Shown one piece after another: positions 10,197-19,095 of a DNA stretch of 40,023 bases; positions within the stretch are counted from its first letter, which is position 1; every line of letters starts with the position of its first letter. Where the stretch lies: NCBI GenBank assembly GCA_045586685.1, contig JAZNAU010000043.1, forward strand, positions 1 to 40,023, read 5' to 3'. The notes under the pieces were generated by a model that saw only the letters and a list, made by a program, of their open reading frames with translations, was not told where the DNA came from and did no database searches. The position numbers were made by a program, and so were the translations under genes. The DNA is from Clostridia bacterium (GTDB lineage Bacteria > Bacillota > Clostridia > HGM11514).

Positions 10197-10343
10197 GATT
10201 TCATCTAAGATGAAATCAGCGATATAAATTCCTGATGGAACTTGCGATATGTTCCTTCGGGACGAGATAAAGGAATTTACATCATATCGCAACGGAATGA
10301 AATGGAGTTATATCGCATTTGAGTGAAACAAAACGATATCGCA
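10197..10343. repeat. Structured intergenic element with periodic GCGATAT/ATATCGC motifs
   Basis: GATTTCATC-taa-GATGAAATC palindrome (10197-10217); GCGATAT at 10219 and 10244; ATATCGC at 10284, 10310 and 10336; AAATTCCT/AGGAATTT arms. Confidence 0.65.
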
Positions 10344-10423
10344 CGAACAAAGAGCGTGTTTTATAATAATTTTTATTGTAACTAGAAAAACTAATAAAAA
10401 GTAAAATAAAAGGAGAGAATAAG

Positions 10424-11224
10424 ATGAGTTTCTTAAAAGGAAAAACAGCAATTATTACCGGAGCAGGATATGCAGTTCTTTCAGATGGCAAATGCGGTTC
10501 CATTGGATATGGGATTGCCACCGCTTACGCAAAAGAAGGAGCAAATCTTGTGATTACAGGCAGAAATGTTGCCAAACTTGAAAAGGCGAAAGAAGAGTTG
10601 GAAAAACGGTATGGTATTAAGGTATTGGCTCTTCCAGCGGATATCTCAGAAGGAAATGACAATGAGAAAACCGCCAATGAAGTGGTTCAAAAAACAATAG
10701 AGGCGTTTGGAAGAATTGATGTTCTGATCAATAATGCCCAAGCCTCGGCATCGGGTGTTACGATTCAGGAACATACCACAGAGCAGTTTAATCTTGCTAT
10801 GTATTCCGGCTTGTATGCAGCCTTTTATTACATGAAAGCATGTTATCCTTACCTGAAAGAAACCAAGGGAAGCGTAATTAACTTTGCATCAGGGGCAGGA
10901 CTTTTTGGTAATTATGGTCAATGTTCGTATGCGGCAGCGAAAGAGGGTATTCGTGGATTAAGCCGTGTTGCTGCAACAGAATGGGCAAAGGACGGAATCA
11001 ATACCAATGTTGTTTGTCCTCTTGCATGGACGGCACAGCTTGAGAATTTTGAAAAAGCATATCCTGACGCGTTTAAGGAGAATGTAAAAATTCCCCCTGC
11101 AGGACATTTTGGCGATTCTGAACTTGAAATCGGCAGGGTGTGTGTTCAACTTGCTTCCCCTGATTTTAAATACATGAACGGGGAAACCTTAACCCTTGAA
11201 GGTGGGATGGGACTGAGACCTTAA
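10424..11224 (+). CDS. SDR oxidoreductase, probable bile-acid 12alpha-hydroxysteroid dehydrogenase
   Basis: Extended glycine loop [30 protein letters not shown], catalytic YAAAK, C-terminal [14 protein letters not shown]. From memory this closely resembles characterised clostridial 12alpha-HSDHs; identity was not computed. Confidence 0.8.
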   Translation: MSFLKGKTAIITGAGYAVLSDGKCGSIGYGIATAYAKEGANLVITGRNVAKLEKAKEELEKRYGIKVLALPADISEGNDNEKTANEVVQKTIEAFGRIDVLINNAQASASGVTIQEHTTEQFNLAMYSGLYAAFYYMKACYPYLKETKGSVINFASGAGLFGNYGQCSYAAAKEGIRGLSRVAATEWAKDGINTNVVCPLAWTAQLENFEKAYPDAFKENVKIPPAGHFGDSELEIGRVCVQLASPDFKYMNGETLTLEGGMGLRP

Positions 11225-11252
11225 AGCAAGAGACCTAAGAAGGAGGAATTTA

Positions 11253-12884
11253 ATGTTAGCGTTAATCGCTTTTATCCCTATACTCATCACTTTGATTCTT
11301 ATGTTGGCGTTTAACTGGCCTGCCAAGCGATGCCTTCTTCTTTCCTGGGCAGTGGCGTTGATCTTTGGCATACTGTTTTGGAAGAATGATATCCTATCAT
11401 TACTTGCCGTCTCTTTATACGGTGTGCTTAGCTCTCTTGATGTATTGATTATTATTACAGGTGCCATTTTAGTCATGAATACACTTAAAATTTCCGGTGC
11501 TACCGCTTCCATTAACCGAGGCTTTATGAACATTTGTCCCGATCAACGTGTTCAGATCTGTATCATTGGGTTTGCTTTCTGCTCTTTTATAGAAGCAGCA
11601 GCAGGGTTTGGTACACCCGCTGCTTTAGCAGGGCCTTTGCTGGTATCCCTGGGATTTCCGCCAATGGCAGCTGCAATGATTACTTTGACGTTTGATTCTG
11701 CTGCTGTTTCCTTTGGAGCGGTGGGAACTCCTGTCACATCGGCTTTAAACTCTTTGGACATGGCAGAAAATGCCGTATTTGTTTCAGAGTTTTCTTTTTG
11801 GACTGCATTACCCCATACGATTGTCAGTGTCATATTGCCGCTTTTGGTTTTAATGATGACCACAAAGATTTTCAGCCATGACAAATCCTTTAAACCCGCC
11901 TTACAGACAGCTCCGTTTGCACTGTTTACAGGGTTGTCCTTTGGGATTCCGCTTTTGGTTACCTCTGTACTAATCGGTTATGAGTTTGCCTCTCTGATTG
12001 CATCTTTATTCTCCATATCTGCCACCGTGCTGGCAGCAAAAACCGGTTTTTTGGTGCCTAAACAAACATGGAGCTTTGGGGATCCTTCCACATGGGATCA
12101 AGAATGGAAGGCGACCAGCGAAGTTTCTCCCATAAAGGAATCGAAAATGCCTTTCATTATGGCGTGGGTGCCCTATCTGTTAATTGCTGCGATTCTTGTA
12201 ATTACACGGATTCCTCAATTAGGCATAAAAGACCTTTTAACAAGCGGTGCTCCGTTTGTAATTAAGATCAATAATATTCTCGGCTTTGAAAATCTTGACT
12301 GGAGTCTAAAATGGGCATATTTACCCGGAACATTCTTTATATTGGTTTCTTTGATTACGAATGTCCTTCACAAAATGAATGCAGAAATGATAAAACAATC
12401 CTGGACTGACACCATAAAACAAGTGTCAGGTGCAGCTCTCGCTTTGGTTTTTGGATTGGCATTGGTAGAGGTCATGAAATTTAATAATGTTGCCGGTAAT
12501 AGTATGTTGGACGAAATGGCATCTGCACTTGCCATGGTGGGCAGAAATCTTTTTGTGGTGATTTCTCCGTTTATCGGTGTTTTGGGTGCTTTTGTTTCCG
12601 GTTCTGCTACAGTATCCATGAACCTTTTTTCCAACTTACAGGTTAATACGGCAAACGCATTAGCATTGCCCCCTGTGTTCATTATCTCAATGCAGTGTGT
12701 GGGTGCAGCGGTTGGAAATATGGTTTGTATCAACAATGCGGTTGCCGCCAGTGCCACAATAGGTACCACAGGGCGGGAAGGCAAGTTAATTAAAATGAAT
12801 GTCATCCCCATGGTAATATACACCTTAATTACGGTTGCCATTTTCTCTATTGTTTTAGCACTTGGCATTCAGCCGGCATCATAA
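11253..12884 (+). CDS. lctP: L-lactate permease family transporter
   Basis: [27 protein letters not shown] and GAAVGNMVC motifs of the LctP family; many TM segments. Confidence 0.88.
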   Translation: MLALIAFIPILITLILMLAFNWPAKRCLLLSWAVALIFGILFWKNDILSLLAVSLYGVLSSLDVLIIITGAILVMNTLKISGATASINRGFMNICPDQRVQICIIGFAFCSFIEAAAGFGTPAALAGPLLVSLGFPPMAAAMITLTFDSAAVSFGAVGTPVTSALNSLDMAENAVFVSEFSFWTALPHTIVSVILPLLVLMMTTKIFSHDKSFKPALQTAPFALFTGLSFGIPLLVTSVLIGYEFASLIASLFSISATVLAAKTGFLVPKQTWSFGDPSTWDQEWKATSEVSPIKESKMPFIMAWVPYLLIAAILVITRIPQLGIKDLLTSGAPFVIKINNILGFENLDWSLKWAYLPGTFFILVSLITNVLHKMNAEMIKQSWTDTIKQVSGAALALVFGLALVEVMKFNNVAGNSMLDEMASALAMVGRNLFVVISPFIGVLGAFVSGSATVSMNLFSNLQVNTANALALPPVFIISMQCVGAAVGNMVCINNAVAASATIGTTGREGKLIKMNVIPMVIYTLITVAIFSIVLALGIQPAS

Positions 12885-12915
12885 AAGCTTATCGTTTGAA
12901 AGGAACAATAAAAAA

Positions 12916-13197
12916 ATGCTTTGGAGTGTATTTTTACTATGGAATATAATTGTCTTTTTTCTCTATGGCTGTGATAAGAAAAGAGCCATGGCAGACCAAT
13001 GGCGAATCAGTGAAAAAACCCTGCTCCTATGCGCCTTTTTCCTAGGCGGTTTGGGAGCAGGGCTTGGTATGCAGGTCTTTCGTCATAAAACCAGACAGTT
13101 AAAATTCCGTATATTGATACCCGTTGCCATTATTTGCAATGGGGCGGTGTTGTATCAACTGATTTCATCAGGTCATTTTCATTACATAGCATGGTAG
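12916..13197 (+). CDS. DUF1294 small membrane protein
   Basis: YGCDKKRA...WRISEKTL...GG.GA..GM.VFRHKT signature; ATG 12916 after RBS AAGGA. Confidence 0.88.
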   Translation: MLWSVFLLWNIIVFFLYGCDKKRAMADQWRISEKTLLLCAFFLGGLGAGLGMQVFRHKTRQLKFRILIPVAIICNGAVLYQLISSGHFHYIAW

Positions 13198-13203
13198 AAA
13201 CCG

Positions 13204-13731
13204 TTAACTGCAATAATCCTCTAACAGGCGGGTCAATTCTTCTTCGGAGTCCAGATAAATTCCTTCTTTTAATTTTTGAAGTTCCCCTTCGGACAACAGT
13301 TGCGGACGGAAATCATAGCGGTCACGTATTTTTGAGGGGTCATTTTGATAAGTAACCAACAGCTGATTGTCTTTTGCAATCAGAATAAAATGACGGTCGC
13401 ATTTATTGTGACTGATTTTTGCCAGATAAAGATGGTTGTGCTCAAAGGTTTCAAATAAGGTTCCGGGCAAGGTCATCGTGTCTGCTTCTTTTCCCACCCA
13501 GGAAACGGGAAGCTTCTCTTCTTTTAAGGTAAAATGACCGCATCCTCCAAAGCTGTAACGAACCATCAGGCGGGTATCTTCTGTAATGATCGAGCTTCGA
13601 GCAATGGGCACCTGTGTAGGAGTTACGGCAGCTTTGTTCACTACGGCAGGTGAGGGCGACAGAGATTTTGCTATGCCAAAGCCCAACAGCAATCCGGAGC
13701 TGCAAATGAGAAACAACATGGTTTTTTTCAT
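13204..13731 (-). CDS. BofC C-terminal domain protein (exported forespore protein)
   Basis: N-terminal hydrophobic segment; C-terminal L...E.QKLKEGI...SEEEL..LLEDYCS is typical of BofC_C; ATG 13731 after RBS GAAAGGTG. Confidence 0.65.
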   Translation of the reverse strand: MKKTMLFLICSSGLLLGFGIAKSLSPSPAVVNKAAVTPTQVPIARSSIITEDTRLMVRYSFGGCGHFTLKEEKLPVSWVGKEADTMTLPGTLFETFEHNHLYLAKISHNKCDRHFILIAKDNQLLVTYQNDPSKIRDRYDFRPQLLSEGELQKLKEGIYLDSEEELTRLLEDYCS

Positions 13732-13752
13732 ACCATCACACCTTTCTATCTT

Positions 13753-13781
13753 TAGTGTCCGTCTTTTTTCCGTTCTTATAC
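13753..13781 (-). promoter_or_regulatory. Possible sigmaF/sigmaG forespore promoter of the bofC-like gene
   Basis: GTATA-N17-GACACTA on the minus strand. Confidence 0.4.
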
Positions 13782-13871
13782 AAATATTAAAAAAATTGTA
13801 ACACAATTTTAAACAAAAAATCCATAATTTATGCTATAATATAAGAAGAGACAAGATATAATAGATACAGA

Positions 13872-16130
13872 ATGAATTGGGGGTTTACTATGAAGCGGTC
13901 AGTCAAAACATTTTTGAAATTCTTGCTGATCTTTGTGTTAATTCTGTCTATCCTTGCAGGATGTACGGTAGGTGCGATTATGCTGACTACCAATGATGTA
14001 TTTACAGAGTTTAATACAGATGACATTAACTTGAATTTTACATCTTTTCTGTACTATACAGATGAAAACGGTAACGAGGTGGAATATCATCAGCTTTCCG
14101 GAACGGAAAATCGTATCTGGGCGGATATGGAGGATATTTCTCCTTATCTGACAGATGCTATTGTTGCAATCGAGGATGAGCGCTTTTGGAGCCATAAAGG
14201 CTTTGACTTAAAACGTTTTGTGGGTGCAGCATTGAATTATGTAATGAAAAGCGATAATTCCTACGGTGGAAGTACCATTACTCAGCAGTTGATTAAAAAC
14301 CTGACAGGGGATGACGAGGCGGTTGTCAGCCGTAAATTAAGAGAAATTATCCGTGCTGTTCAGCTGGAACAACAGCTGGATAAAGAAAGCATTTTGGAAT
14401 TATATTTAAATACCATTTATTTGGGACAGGGATGTAACGGTGTTAAAACTGCAGCATATACCTATTTTGGGAAAGATGTCAGTGAGCTGAATCTGGCAGA
14501 GGCCGCTTCCTTGGCGGGAATTACTCAGTACCCCACCCAGTATGACCCTATTCTGAATCCGGAAGCAAACTTGAGCAAGCAACGTGTGGTTCTGGCAAAA
14601 ATGCTGGAGCTGGGATATATCAATGAGCAGGAATATAAAGATGCCCTGGCTTATAAATTGGACTTTGGCGCAGGGGACAGTGACCAAAATCGGATTCAGT
14701 CCTATTTTGTGGATGCGGTCATTGATGAAGTGCTGAAGGATTTACAGGAAGAAAAGGGATATGCTCCCAATTATGCAGCAAAACTGCTATATAACGGCGG
14801 TTTAAAGATTTATACCACCATGGATGCCAGAATTCAGACGATTCTGGAAGAAGAATACGCGGACGATTCCAATTTCGGCACCCCCTCCGGCAAAGAACAG
14901 ATGGAATCTTCCATGGTTATCATTGATCCTTATACAGGTGAAATCAAGGCGCTGATCGGCGGTCGGGGAAATAAGGAAAGCAATCGTACCTTAAACCGTG
15001 CCACCCAGACCACACGTCAGCCCGGTTCTACCATTAAACCTATTGCGGTTTACGGTCCTGCCATGGAAGAAGGCTTGATAGGACCAGGAACCATTATCGT
15101 GGATAAAGCGATTACTGTGGGGAGCTGGAAACCCAATAACTACGATTTTTCTTTCTCAGGTCCGGTGAGCATCCGTAATGCCATTGCCCGTTCTATCAAT
15201 ATTGTTGCGGTAAAAACATTGCAAAGATTGGGTGTGGATACCTCTTTTGATTATATGACCGAGCGGTTCCATTTTTCCACTCTGGTAGATTCAAGAAAAG
15301 CAGAGGATGGAACAGAACTTACAGACAAGCATCTTGCAGGTCTGGCATTGGGCGGTTTGACGGACGGTGTTACCGTAAAAGAAATGGCGGCAGCGTATGC
15401 CTCTTTTGCAAACAACGGGACTCATGTGACGCCTCATACCTATACCAAGGTATTGGATGCAGAAGGAAATGTGTTGCTTGAAAAGACGATAGAAGAAACG
15501 ATGGTGTTTAGCCCCGAAGGAAACGGAATGATTTTAAGCTGTCTGCGTTCTGTTGTAACCGGCGGTACCGGTACTGCGGCATGGCTTGGAAACGGCATTT
15601 CCTCTGCGGGAAAAACGGGAACAACGGATAATGCTCATGATCTTTGGTTCTGCGGAACGTCTCCCTACTATGCCGGTGCGGTATGGTGCGGATTTGACCA
15701 GCCGAAGGATTTGTATCAGTACACTTATGACGGAATCAGTACCTCTATCTGGGGCACGGTGATGCGTCGGGTGCATACAGAGCTTGGTCTTGGACCACGG
15801 GATTTTGTATGGCCTTCTAATGTAAATTATAATTTGTCTATTAACAACGAAGCAGATAAAGAGAAAGACGAAGACGAAGAAGATGAGGAAGATGAAGATG
15901 AGGATGAGGACGAGGACGAAGATGCGGAAGAGAGTCCTTCTCCTTCTGCAGAGCCTTCTGAAGAACCTTCCGATTCACCAAAGCCTTCTGAAACACCCGT
16001 TACCATACCGGATGTAACGCCTTCTCCTCAATCACCTGAGCCTTCCGAAACACCGGAGGTGCCTGTAACATTACCCCAACAGCCCATTGTGCCACAAGAG
16101 CCTATTGAGCTTCCGGCAGATACACAATAA
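13872..16130 (+). CDS. Class A penicillin-binding protein (PBP1A, transglycosylase/transpeptidase)
   Basis: EDERFWSHKG, GGSTITQQLIKN, RKLRE, SxxK (STIK), SIN and KTG motifs; acidic and Pro-rich C-tail; alternative start ATG 13890. Confidence 0.95.
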   Translation: MNWGFTMKRSVKTFLKFLLIFVLILSILAGCTVGAIMLTTNDVFTEFNTDDINLNFTSFLYYTDENGNEVEYHQLSGTENRIWADMEDISPYLTDAIVAIEDERFWSHKGFDLKRFVGAALNYVMKSDNSYGGSTITQQLIKNLTGDDEAVVSRKLREIIRAVQLEQQLDKESILELYLNTIYLGQGCNGVKTAAYTYFGKDVSELNLAEAASLAGITQYPTQYDPILNPEANLSKQRVVLAKMLELGYINEQEYKDALAYKLDFGAGDSDQNRIQSYFVDAVIDEVLKDLQEEKGYAPNYAAKLLYNGGLKIYTTMDARIQTILEEEYADDSNFGTPSGKEQMESSMVIIDPYTGEIKALIGGRGNKESNRTLNRATQTTRQPGSTIKPIAVYGPAMEEGLIGPGTIIVDKAITVGSWKPNNYDFSFSGPVSIRNAIARSINIVAVKTLQRLGVDTSFDYMTERFHFSTLVDSRKAEDGTELTDKHLAGLALGGLTDGVTVKEMAAAYASFANNGTHVTPHTYTKVLDAEGNVLLEKTIEETMVFSPEGNGMILSCLRSVVTGGTGTAAWLGNGISSAGKTGTTDNAHDLWFCGTSPYYAGAVWCGFDQPKDLYQYTYDGISTSIWGTVMRRVHTELGLGPRDFVWPSNVNYNLSINNEADKEKDEDEEDEEDEDEDEDEDEDAEESPSPSAEPSEEPSDSPKPSETPVTIPDVTPSPQSPEPSETPEVPVTLPQQPIVPQEPIELPADTQ

Positions 16131-16134
16131 CAAC

Positions 16135-16167
16135 AAACCCGCAAGGAGTTATTCCTTGCGGGTTTTT
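16135..16167. terminator. Bidirectional intrinsic terminator
   Basis: AAACCCGCAAGGA-gttat-TCCTTGCGGGTTT(TT) between convergent genes. Confidence 0.85.
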
Positions 16168-16171
16168 CATA

Positions 16172-16321
16172 TTACGATTTCTTTTCTTGTAATTGACGGA
16201 TAAACTCATCCTTTTTTGCAAGCTCCGTTTCATAAGCATGATTTAGCTGTTCAATATAGGCAATAACCGCCTTTTTGTCAAACCCAAAAGGTGCGGTAGG
16301 AAATAATTTTTTCTGTTCCAT
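16172..16321 (-). CDS. 49-aa DivIVA-domain-like small protein (not in the ORF track)
   Basis: MEQKKLFPTAPFGFDKKAVIAYIEQLNHAYETELAKKDEFIRQLQEKKS*; RBS GGAGG within the end of yigZ; starts 3 nt after the yigZ stop and ends just before the terminator. Confidence 0.7.
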   Translation of the reverse strand: MEQKKLFPTAPFGFDKKAVIAYIEQLNHAYETELAKKDEFIRQLQEKKS

Positions 16322-16324
16322 TGG

Positions 16325-16951
16325 TTATTCCTCCAAACAAAAATAATCTTGTTGTATTTTTTGGGGAACAATGAGAGCATTAAACTGGTCGGTCAGCTCG
16401 GCTAATGCCTTATCCTCCTCCGTCAGCGGAATCCAAAAATCGGCAGTTATCTCTGCGCCAAAGTCTCCTTGGGGCGAGGATGCTCCTATATTTTTCAGGA
16501 CGTTTTGAAATTTTCCCCAATCTCCGTATCCCACTGTAGCGCGGTACTGAACACAGGGGGTCATGGTCACCACCGTTGCCTCATCCAACGCCATTTTGGC
16601 GCTTTTTCCGTAGGCTCTTACCAAGCCTCCCGCACCAAGCAAGGTTCCGCCAAAATATCGGGTCACCACAATCATGCAGTCTGTTACCTCCTCTCGGGTA
16701 ATCACGTCCAACACGGGAGGTCCGGCAGTTTTGGCAGGTTCTCCGTCATCCGAAAAGCGGGTAATGTTATTTTCCCGCACCGTGTAAGCATAGACATGGT
16801 GACTGGCATCCCAGAACTTGCTCCGAATGTCATTTAAAATCGAAAGGGCCTCTGCTTCGGTCTGAATGCGAAAGGCTTGGGCAATAAATCGGGAACGCTT
16901 TTCCACCAGTTCTGCCACGGCATTTTGTCCAAAGGTTTTATAAGGCTTCAT
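16325..16951 (-). CDS. yigZ: YigZ/IMPACT family protein
   Basis: KRSRFIA, ASHHVYAY, SDDGEP..TAG and VTRYFGGTLLGAGGLVRAY motifs. Confidence 0.93.
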   Translation of the reverse strand: MKPYKTFGQNAVAELVEKRSRFIAQAFRIQTEAEALSILNDIRSKFWDASHHVYAYTVRENNITRFSDDGEPAKTAGPPVLDVITREEVTDCMIVVTRYFGGTLLGAGGLVRAYGKSAKMALDEATVVTMTPCVQYRATVGYGDWGKFQNVLKNIGASSPQGDFGAEITADFWIPLTEEDKALAELTDQFNALIVPQKIQQDYFCLEE

Positions 16952-18209
16952 CCGCTTCCTCCTCTGTCACATAAGGGGCGAGCAAGGTCATCAGCTCCCT
17001 GTCTGCCACCACGGTCATCATTTGACCCATTTCTGTAAATTCCTCTTGCTCCACCTTTGTTTTTTCATGGAGCATAGCGGCAATTTTGCCTTCGGAATAG
17101 GGAATACAAACCCGTACACTTCTGCGAACAGGAACCAGCCGTTTGCGAAGCATGTCCAAAAGGGTATCCACCCCTTCTCCTGTTTTGGCAGAAATACACA
17201 CACTGTCTGCCATGTTGGGAAGCTCCCCAATCGTTTTGTCAATCTGGTTAAAGACCGTAATAATTACATTTTCTTTGACACCTAACGACGCCAACAGTTT
17301 TTGTGCAACCTCCATTTGTATGGGATATTCCGGATTGGAGGCATCTACCACATGAAGCACTACCTCTGCATAAATACTTTCTTCTAAGGTGGAACGAAAA
17401 GCTTCTACCAAATGATGGGGAAGCTTTCGGACAAATCCTACCGTATCCGTAACCACAATGGGAAAATCCTCTGCCAGCTCCATTCGTTTTACAAGAGGGT
17501 CAAGAGTTGCAAACAGCTGGTCTTTTGCAAAGGTTCCCGCATTGGTCAGACAATTTAACAAAGTAGATTTTCCCGCGTTGGTATAACCCACCAACGCCAC
17601 CTGAGGAATTCCTTCTTTTAACCGTTTACTGCGTCTTGTACGGCGATGTTGCTCAATCTCTTTTAATTCTTCTTTTAATTTGGAAATACGAGTGCGAATG
17701 TGACGGCGGTCTGTTTCCAGACGGGTTTCACCCGGACCTCTTGTTCCGATTCCAGCCCCCTGGCGGGACATGGACGCACCCACGCCGGACAGTCTGGGCA
17801 ACAAATATTGCAACTGTGCCAGCTCAACCTGGCATTTTCCCTCTCTTGAGGTAGCACGTCCTGCAAAAATATCTAAAATCAGACGGCTTCGGTCAATCAC
17901 CGTTACCCCTGAAGCTTCTTCAATATTTCGTACCTGAGAACCGGACAGTTCATCGTCAAACAGCAACAAATCGGGTTGTAAGCTTTGGCAAAGCTCACAA
18001 ACCTCCTGTAATTTTCCGGGACCGATATAGGTAGCTGCTTCTACCGTCTGGCGGTTTTGCATGACAACGGCAACCGTGTCCACCTGGGCAGCATCAGCCA
18101 GAGCTTCCAGTTCTTCCATGGATTGAGAGGTGGATTCTTCTAATAAATCCCGTCCTCCGGTGTTAAGTCCCACCAAAATGGCAGTTAAGCGTTTTTGTTC
18201 TGTTTCCAT
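16938..18209 (-). CDS. hflX: Ribosome-splitting GTPase HflX
   Basis: GPGETRLETDRR, GYTNAGKS, LFATLD and DTVGF motifs; ATG 18209 after RBS AAGGAGG. Confidence 0.97.
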   Translation of the reverse strand: METEQKRLTAILVGLNTGGRDLLEESTSQSMEELEALADAAQVDTVAVVMQNRQTVEAATYIGPGKLQEVCELCQSLQPDLLLFDDELSGSQVRNIEEASGVTVIDRSRLILDIFAGRATSREGKCQVELAQLQYLLPRLSGVGASMSRQGAGIGTRGPGETRLETDRRHIRTRISKLKEELKEIEQHRRTRRSKRLKEGIPQVALVGYTNAGKSTLLNCLTNAGTFAKDQLFATLDPLVKRMELAEDFPIVVTDTVGFVRKLPHHLVEAFRSTLEESIYAEVVLHVVDASNPEYPIQMEVAQKLLASLGVKENVIITVFNQIDKTIGELPNMADSVCISAKTGEGVDTLLDMLRKRLVPVRRSVRVCIPYSEGKIAAMLHEKTKVEQEEFTEMGQMMTVVADRELMTLLAPYVTEEEADEAL

Positions 18210-18244
18210 CAGAGCCTCCTTAATAGCACTTGGCAAAAAACAAG

Positions 18245-18513
18245 TTTTGCGATCTGGACTTTTTAGGGAATAGGGGAAAAAGATTCAGAATAAACAAACT
18301 GAGCAAAAGCAAGGTTTTATCTTGCTTTTGGGTACCCGAAGTCGTATGTGGATACGACGAGAGGCGATGTTTGTTTATAGCAAAAAAGGATTAAATCTCG
18401 AAAAAACTCAACAGTTTTTTCTTCATTATTCTTTATTGCAACAACTAAAAATATTGTTAAAATTTCTTGTTTTCATTAGCATTTTATTTCTTTTTTGCGG
18501 TCTGGACTTTTTA
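18245..18513. repeat. Intergenic cassette bounded by 21-bp direct repeats, containing a branched hairpin
   Basis: TTTTGCGATCTGGACTTTTTA (18245-18265) vs TTTTGCGGTCTGGACTTTTTA (18493-18513), 20/21 identical; inner stems at 18290-18378. Confidence 0.7.
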
Positions 18514-18524
18514 CCATTCCCTCT

Positions 18525-19088
18525 CTAACGCTTCTCCTTAATAATTCTTACAGCCAAGGGCGGGCAGTTGGGATAATTGATAAAATCATGACACAGCACA
18601 CTGTATTCATGAGGGTCTAATGTTTTTAAAAATGCCATTACCCCATCCTTTTCTTCAAAACCACTGTCACCGCCGTAATAAATTCCCAGTAATACCATGC
18701 CATCCTCCGAAATCAGCTCCAATGCAGCGTTTATGGCGGCAATGCTGGTGTCTGCATGGGTGCAGATGCTATGGTCTCCTCCTGGAAGATAGCCAAAATT
18801 AAAGGTGACTGCTTTTACAGGTCCTTTTACATACTGCTTCATATTCTGATGCCCGTCCAAAATCAATGTAACGCGCTTGTCCGCCCCTGCCTGTTCCAGC
18901 CGTTTTTTTGTAGTTTCCAATGCTTGAGACTGTATATCAAAGGCTGTAATATGCCCTGTTTCACCTACAAGCTGAGCCAAAAACAGGGTGTCATGACCAT
19001 TTCCGGCAGTGGCATCTATCACATGGTCACCGGAACCAATGACCTGTTTCATATAACGATGGGTAACACCCAGTGCGTTGGTTTCCAT
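18525..19088 (-). CDS. YtqB/MnmM-family SAM-dependent methyltransferase
   Basis: IDATAGNGHDTLFLA, AFDIQ and FNFGYLPGGD motifs. Confidence 0.85.
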   Translation of the reverse strand: METNALGVTHRYMKQVIGSGDHVIDATAGNGHDTLFLAQLVGETGHITAFDIQSQALETTKKRLEQAGADKRVTLILDGHQNMKQYVKGPVKAVTFNFGYLPGGDHSICTHADTSIAAINAALELISEDGMVLLGIYYGGDSGFEEKDGVMAFLKTLDPHEYSVLCHDFINYPNCPPLAVRIIKEKR

Positions 19089-19095
19089 GCTGATT

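Noticed and set aside
18322-18528. 68-aa ORF in the hflX upstream region, and ORFs 10282-10521 and 20768-20962
   Set aside because: No clear RBS or recognisable protein features; they overlap repeat or AT-rich regulatory DNA.
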